Source of the DNA: Amoeboaphelidium protococcarum X5
Lineage: Eukaryota > Fungi > Aphelidiomycota
NCBI GenBank assembly: GCA_023515725.1
Contig: JALDTO010000223.1
Span: 47,801 to 77,271, forward strand
DNA: 29,471 nt
Direction: 5' to 3'
Position 1 is the stretch's first letter. Every line of letters starts with the position of its first letter. Below the pieces are notes generated by a model, which worked only from the letters and a program-made list of their open reading frames with translations, searched no databases and was not told the origin of the DNA. Positions 22,570 to 29,471 of this stretch are shown piece by piece. The translations under genes were made by a program, and so were the position numbers.

Positions 22570-24741
22570 ATGTAGATTATTGCTTTTTCAGTAGTTGTAA
22601 CAATAATCGCTTAGTTGGCTGCCGCTGTATCTACAGGTCCACTTGTGTTAACTAATAGAAAGAATATCGGCGCAGTCTATAGCGGAGTTAGTAAAAAGCT
22701 TTACGTGTATGGTACTTTTGAAGGATAGTCTGGATTGATGGCATAAGATCGTGCTGTAACTGAAATAATCGGCTAAAGTGGAGCATCTGATTTTTTCATC
22801 GAAGAATATTCTACTGTTGGTTAGTTACAATTTCAGTACATTGTCGCTGGCCCTAATGGCGAAAATGAACCTGTTGTATCTCTGAGTGGAAATTAACTGT
22901 TTCTTGGTGCTACTACTACAAGTGCGGAAGCACGTTCTTATCTAAGTTAGATTCCTTTCGGCTCGGGATGTTTAAGCTCCCAGTCTATAATGGTGAATAA
23001 GTTCACACTAAGTGCTGCAAATCCAATGGTCATCGAATGGTCGCGATGCATTTATCCGGCTGCTGATAATACATAAGTTTTATTGCTTGATCTGGCGTAT
23101 TATGTCCAAGGCTCTGTCCAAATGCTGGCTGTGAGTTATGCACCGTCAAGAAATACGAGAAATTCACTGATCAACAATTTTTCTCTTAGCCATTACAACA
23201 TTGGCTCAGGTAATTTCACAGGTAGCCAAAGTGCGTCTGGTTCTTAGTACAATGCCTCTTAGTATTAATCACAAGCACTGAGCTCTGGCACTAATGACAA
23301 TATTGTATCTTTTCTAAGTGATGGGCTAACATTGAGAACAATATTTGGACCTGCTTAATACTCTGCTAATATTGCAATGGCAAGTGTCGGTGACTTTAAA
23401 TGCGTTGGTACAAATTGCTTTGTACTGGGCATTCACAATTCACAAGCTGTGTTATATTATCACGGTGGCTCTTCCTTCTCTCCAGTCATCACTTTTGGTG
23501 TTGCAAATATTGTGTAAAGTCTCTACTATGATTAAAGTTCGAACGCAATGGTGGTCATGGATCTGAAAGCATCTGGCAGTTCATCTGGTCGTCTACTTTT
23601 TTACGGAGTCAGTACGGGTTCAATAGTAAAGATTGCCTTAGTTTAAACATCTGTTACTGTTAAATTCACTGATGTATTGTCTTTTGGCATTGATTCTGGT
23701 AGTAGAAAAGGATTGATTGGTATGTCTACGTATGGAACCACAGCGGCGACGTTCACTTATAGTGATATCATGACGAGTACAACTACGACGACTACTACTA
23801 CTACCACCACAACCACAACCACGACAACTAGTACTACTACGACAACGACTACAACGACAACTAGTACTACTACGACAACGACAACTAGTACTACTACTAC
23901 AACGACGACAACAACGACCACGACCCCTACAAGTAGAATAACGACATCGACTAGTACAAGAACTACCTTGCCTTCATCTGCAGCTACTACTGAAACTTCT
24001 GCTACTACAACGTCGTCCAGTATTACGTCAACGGTTGGGACAAGCTCAATAAGCCGCACATTGTCGTTTACATCTGCCTCGTTGAGTTCGACAAAGACGA
24101 CTTCATCAATAGTCTCATCATCAAGTTTTTCATCAGTTTTGCCATCGCTGAATGCTTCATCCTACGTAATGGTTGCTACATATACTAGCCAAGCCTCTCT
24201 AGCATCAAGCACCTCATCTCCTTCTGGAAGTAATGTGGTTTAATCTACTTTAATTATCTCATAACTGGTGCCAAGTGATGTAAGTGAATTGTACTCTAAT
24301 TCAGCCACGTCAATAACGGCCTCTATTAGCTTCTCTCTTATGGTTGATGTAGAAAGTATCTCCGTGCAATCTGTGGGTTCCGATTCACCCTCGTTTACTG
24401 GTTAAAGAAGCTAATCGACCCAAATTGCATTCTCAGTAGTTTCTTTTTCTGGCTTCTAGACGTCTACAGTTAGTGGTGGCTCAAGTATCTCTGATAGGTC
24501 ACCTGAGAATTAAGCCCTGGTATCTTCACCTGTGTTTCTGTAGTATGTGACTGTAGCAGGAGCTGTGGTTGTGATTGTTGGAGTCTTGGGAGGTCTCTAT
24601 AAACTAAGATAAAATAGACGCAAACAGTAGCAGTCTATGTGGCAGTCTGGCAAAAGTCTTTAGACATCATAGTCTGTCATGCTGAACAGGACTATCCCTC
24701 TTGAGATTACTGCTAACACGTCGTCGACTGTTTAACACTGA
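22570..24741 (+). CDS. Receptor-like type I membrane protein C (paralog of A and B, no kinase), 723 aa
   Basis: ATG-TAG start at 22570, TGA at 24739-24741. Same ectodomain scaffold (KKLYVYGTFEG, EPVVSLSGNqLFLGATT, EWSRCI, SVGDFKC.G..CFVLGI) and nearly the same TM/tail as A. Confidence 0.88.
23770..24020 (+). repeat. Poly-Thr coding tract in gene C, with repeated ACGACAACTAGTACTACTAC units
   Basis: The unit ACGACAACTAGTACTACTAC occurs three times between about 23821 and 23900, indicating slippage expansion. Confidence 0.85.
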
Positions 24742-24763
24742 GATATGGCATTCTGATTGATGG

Positions 24764-24774
24764 CTATATTTAGC
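24764..24774 (+). promoter_or_regulatory. CTATATTTAGC motif upstream of receptor kinase D
   Basis: 162 bp before ATG 24926, in otherwise dissimilar flanking sequence. Confidence 0.45.
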
Positions 24775-24925
24775 CAATGGCTATGGGGATTAACATGGTT
24801 ACGAAATTCTTTCTCTTTTATGAAATGAAATCAATAGTAATTCAATTTTAATAATTCAAGAATAATACAATTCAATTTGAGTCATTAAAGAATTTCCGCT
24901 TAGGATTAATTAACAACTACAGAAA

Positions 24926-27900
24926 ATGACTTTGTATCATATGTTGGCGCTCTTCACGCTCTTAGGTGCTTTTACTCCATAGGCTCGCGCGTAGGTGGAT
25001 TTAACTGTCAATAGGGTGAATTATGAGTCTTTGTACTACGCTGCCAATGGAAGGACATATATGTGCTCAACTTTCACAGGTAAGCCAAGGCTTTAAAATG
25101 ATGTCACGTCTGCTACGAATTCATTCATCGGGAAGAGTGACAAGACAGACATTATGCTGGAGGAGTTTGACTCCAATGGCCAGTTGATTTTTCGCCTCCT
25201 CTTGGGTGGCACTAAAGAGGACTATGAGCCTGTTATTAGTATAGACGAGGTGAGTGGAAGATTGTATCTAGCTGCAACTACGTACAGTGGCGCAGATACT
25301 AACAGCTAGAATGATTTCGTGTTTGGGTAAGGTTGTGTTGCCTCCTCCAAATCTGCCGTTTTGGTTAATATGATACAATTAGATCCAAATGGAATCAGCC
25401 CTATGTTGTTCAAATGGTCTTAATGTATTTCGTCTTCAAATGCTGTAGCTGTGGTAGATATAGTGGCCAGCCTGCTCGATTCTTAGCGAATCTTTCACCT
25501 TCTGTTTATCGAGGGCACGTCTAGGTTGACAGGAGTTTCGAGCAAGTATATTTTGCAGACTTATAATAGCAGCATCAGCAGTCTTGATTAGCTATAGAGT
25601 GTCACCACATTCTATGTAACCGTAGCCACTAAACCTGATTAAACCTTTATCAGCTAAGATGAATAAGTGCTGTTTGCTACTTGCGATGGTTTAAATTTAT
25701 TTACTGCTCGAAGGTCAATGTGTACAAATACGTCACCTTGTACTTCTTCTATCCTTACAGGTAGCGTGACTGCTCTCAAAGGTCTGAATTGTTATAGCAG
25801 CGGTTGCTACGCGTTGGTCGACCTTTGGGTCTAATATTCTCCTTAATTTCCAGCTGTGGTGCCTCTCGGTGGATAAGCAGCTCTATTATATATCAGTGCG
25901 TAGTCTGCTTAGGTACAATAGGTGTTCTACTAGAGTGCTATACAATCGGCCGCTGCTTTTTATCTCTCTACGGAATCGTCTATAGTATTAACTGGTAGGC
26001 AAAGTACAGGCACTTACTCTGGAGTCACAATTAGCCGAAATGTAGCCGATGGTATTTTATCAATCGCTGCTGCTTTCAACTCTTCAGTGAAGACTGAAGC
26101 AATAGGAATTGGTGGAAGTCAATCATCTGGTGTAGTCGTTATCGGTCTCTTGAGTGATGCTCAGCAAAATCTTATCCAGAGGATTACTTGGCCACTGGTA
26201 ACTACTACTCGAACGACCACTACTTCTACAACTAGAAGCACCTCAACGACTACCTCAACTTCACTATTTGTTACTCGAACTACTAGCTCAATTTGGTTAT
26301 CTGTTACTCCAACGACTAGCTCAACCTCGTTATCTGTTACTACAACAACTAGCTCCACTTCATTGACTGCCACTTTAAGGACTAGCTCGACGTCAACAAC
26401 ACTCAATATAGTCACATCGAGCCCTTCTACAGTTACAACTCCAAGTACAACTTCTCTACCAACATCCTCAATATCGTCGACACTTATTGGTTCTGTAGCA
26501 ACAAGTTCTAGTCTGCTTGAAGTTTCTGCTTTGCCCACTTCGCTCATATTCTCGACTATTGGCTCCACTTCTATTGGTATGTCATATTTGTCAGCTTCGC
26601 AGTAATCATTTGCGTCGTATTAGTCGGCGGGAACAACCAGTGATCTTGGTCTTATGGTGTCCTCATCTACTCCTGATGCATCTACCATCCATAGCTCTTT
26701 TGTTTCATCGTCAGTCATGTAGTCATCCCAATCTGATAAGAATTAGCTTGAAGCGTGGTCTAGTCTAACGTTAGTGACGCAGAAAACTACCTCTTCTCAT
26801 GCACCATAATTGTAAAGTTCTGCATCTATATTATCGACATTGTCAGATCCTATCACATTTGGATTTGGTTAAACATCGTAAGCCTAAACTAACGATGTCC
26901 AATTTTCTTTACATGGTCATGGGTCAATACATTTGAGCCTATCACGGACAACTTACACTGTTATAGTTGGCGATGGCGGATCTTCCAATGCGGAGGTTGG
27001 AAATGGGATCCCATTTTTGATGATCGCTATTGCCTCTTCTGTTGGATTGATGGTTGTACTTCTTATGTTTGCACTGATGCTATTATACAGAAGAAGGAGG
27101 TAGTAGTAAAAGAAGCTACATTCCTCAAGGTTGGCGCTGCAATAATCTGTCGCTTTAATGAACTCTGGTAATGCAAATGGAGGAGATACGTACATGAACA
27201 CTACCATAATTCCAACCAATGATTCTATATATGGCGCCAATAAAATGTCCATTCCTGGATATTTGGCCATGATTCCTGGAGTCCATTTTGCAATAGTCAA
27301 GAAAATCTCTGAGGGTGGTTTCGGCACTGTGTACGAAGGGAGATTAACTAGTCTCCAGCATTAGTAAAAGATCGGATCGGATCTCTGTGCGATCAAGGTT
27401 GAGAAATCTTTACAGCTACCTCCTGATCAGAGACACGAGTAAGACGCGGCTTTTCTATAGGAGGTGATGTTGTTGAATCTATTTGAGCACAATCCTAATA
27501 TCGTCAGTCTAGTCGGTTTCTCCACAAATCCAAATACAATCGTGATGAAGGTGTACTCTGGTGGCAGTCTTAGTGATTTACTTTTTGCGCCTCAGACGGT
27601 CGATCTGTATTCAATTTCCTTGATGGTCTCCCTGTTTAAGGATTTACTGAATGCTCTTGTCGACATTCATAAAGCCAAAGTTGTGCATCTTGATTTAAAG
27701 CCTGGCAATGTACTGTTGAGCTTTTCCAACAACAATAATAAAAGTGGCAATAATGTTCCTTTGTCAGCCGTCTTGTGTGATTTTGGAGCTGCTAAACTCC
27801 TGGTAAACAGTCAAGATCTTATCAAGGGATTTTAGAAGGCTAAATTGTAAGGTGTGTCATTGTAGTACGCTGCTCCGGAGTACATTTAGCGTGTGTTGGA

Positions 27901-28246
27901 GATAACATCTAGACAAGAAGAGTCTGCTGACGTGAATCATACATCAACCACTATGTTCACAGATATAAACACCATGGAAGAGTAAAAGATTGATATTTAT
28001 GCGCTTGGCGTAGTCGCTTACGAGATGTTTATCCGTCAGAAGTGCTGGACCATCCCAGCATAAGACGTTGTGGTGTAAGTGCAGGCAGGCGTCAGGCCAC
28101 TTATTCCTCAATTATCACCGCTCCAATCTGTGAATGATCCTCTTGTGGTGAAAACTATCATAGATTTAATTCAACGCATGTGGCATCAAGAAGCTGTCAT
28201 CCGTCCTACCGCCGAAGAGGTGCTATCTATCATCAGTCCACTTTGA
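24926..28246 (+). CDS. Receptor-like protein kinase D, 1106 aa: signal peptide, ectodomain homologous to A/B/C, Thr/Ser stalk, TM, TKL-like kinase
   Basis: One TGA-free frame from ATG 24926 to TGA 28244-28246. TM IPFLMIAIASSVGLMVVLLMFALMLLY followed by RRRR. Kinase motifs: ISEGGFGTVY, CAIK, FLqEV, HNPNIVSLVG, HLDLKPGN, DFG, YAAPE, DIYALGV, MWHQEAVIRPT. Confidence 0.93.
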
Positions 28247-28347
28247 ATATTGATTTGTGATAAAAAGTTATTAACAGAACATGTTTAAATGATAAAAAAT
28301 AATGCATGAATAATAAATACAATTTTCAGTTCATATAAGTAATGCTA

Positions 28348-29471
28348 TCAGTAGTAATCTTGGTACTGACCGTAATTGTCATCGTCCTCATCCAGTTCTT
28401 CCATTTCCCTCATTTCTTTGGTGTCTGCATCTTCACCATGCTACAGACTCTGGTCGACAACGTACAAAAGATCATGCAAAGATTCTTCATTATGAATATT
28501 GAGAGGAATGAAATTGACAAGTCCAAACTCGTCTATCAAATCCACTAGTCGCTTGCTTAGTTGGGCAAATTGCGATGATTACGACTGGTTGAGCCGCTCC
28601 AACAATAAGGACGTATCAGTCTCTAGAAATCGGTCCAGTTGAACTTGGTCTCTTCTACTTTCCACTAATTGTGCCTCTTCTTCATCAAAAGTATTAGCAT
28701 AACCACTTTTAGGAGCCTCTGGATCTATATCAACAGGAACTCCTCCTGATGTATTAACATGTTCATCAATATCCTCTTGATCCACATCACTGCCGCATTA
28801 AGCCAGTAGATTATCTTCATCATTCGACGCGTCAGAGCTAATCATTGACATCCAAGGATTAGAAGTGGAAGCTGATGTAAGCAACTCTCCCGGACGCCCT
28901 TCAATCAGATCCATTTTACTCAACACATTAACGTGTGGTATCTACAACTAGATCATGCAACTCATTGCAGCCAGTGCTCCAGTAAAAAACTTTGGCGCGT
29001 CTGTGACAAACGATGATTCCAGCAGATAGACTGCACAACACTGCAATTACAAGCGCGATTACAGCAGACCGATAATTGTCTGTACCACATTGCTATATGT
29101 AAATAACTCCAACTATCCCGGGAAGTCTATAATGACATATTCATCCTGCAAATCGTTACCAATCTCTTCCTCAAGCCAGTCAAATTCTTAAATCAGATAA
29201 TTCATCGCGTAAACCAGCCCACCATTAGGACCGTATTGCAACTCATCCATCACATCAGTTACCGTGATCAATTCACGTATATCAACATGAGGCTCATAGT
29301 AAGTGTCCTCAGCAGCGGGATCCAAATTCACCATCAGCACGGGTCGCTTACACTATCTGATATGATTAGACATTGCCAGACAGTAAGTAGACTACACATA
29401 GAATTTACAGATTAAATGTCAAAAGCTGTTGATACTATACATTCTCAAATATACAATCATACCTTTCCTGC
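28348..29471 (-). CDS. GPN3: GPN-loop GTPase 3; 5' end lies outside the window; intron at 29392-29462
   Basis: AGK|STYC P-loop split by the intron; [41 protein letters not shown], DFPGqLELFT, [37 protein letters not shown], qHGED; TGA at 28348-28350. DPAAE and KFF.GAL.AM favour GPN3 over GPN1 or GPN2. Confidence 0.92.
29392..29462 (-). other. Spliceosomal intron (71 nt) in GPN3
   Basis: GTATGA...TGTGTAG on the - strand. Removal restores GCA GGA AAG TCT ACT TAC TGT (AGKSTYC). It is the only intron I needed to invoke in the window. Confidence 0.88.

Noticed and set aside
17470-24020. Thr-codon repeats or the A/B/C repeats as a CRISPR array, satellite or transposon
   Set aside because: There is no repeat-spacer structure, terminal repeat or transposase; the repeats are in-frame coding sequence of paralogs.
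1-29471. Interpreting the many in-frame TAA/TAG codons as mass pseudogenisation or sequencing error
   Set aside because: There are no frameshifts or internal TGA in 14 long frames, TAR falls at conserved Gln sites, and essential genes are affected.
28348-29471. Functional clustering of GPN3 (polymerase assembly factor) with RPC2
   Set aside because: They are 26 kb apart with unrelated genes between them, consistent with chance in a compact genome.

Overview
This is gene-dense, almost intron-free eukaryotic nuclear DNA that uses a non-standard code: TAA and TAG encode Gln, and TGA is the only stop (translation table 6). The supplied ORF track is therefore fragmented and misleading. The fungal/opisthokont-like genes, roughly 40% GC and TAR=Gln point to an aphelid such as Amoeboaphelidium protococcarum (inference). 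Retranslated by hand, the window holds 14 long reading frames: RPC2 (3'-truncated), an SMCR8/folliculin-like DENN protein invisible in the ORF track, three tandem secreted CAP/SCP proteins, an ascorbate-oxidase-like multicopper oxidase with a possible GPI signal, mitochondrial GRX5, TMA46/ZC3H15, five genes of a 17-kb receptor cluster, and GPN3 (5'-truncated, one intron). The receptor cluster is the most interesting part. It contains a Kelch/IPT/mucin-stalk receptor-like kinase, three tandem kinase-less receptor-like proteins (A, B, C), and a receptor-like kinase (D) whose ectodomain is homologous to those of A-C. The cluster shows hypervariable ectodomain segments, mosaic (gene-conversion-like) identity, a shared upstream 11-mer, non-RD kinases and a stub of a duplicated D start. 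It resembles plant RLK/RLP arrays. All translations and alignments were done by eye; no database searches were run.
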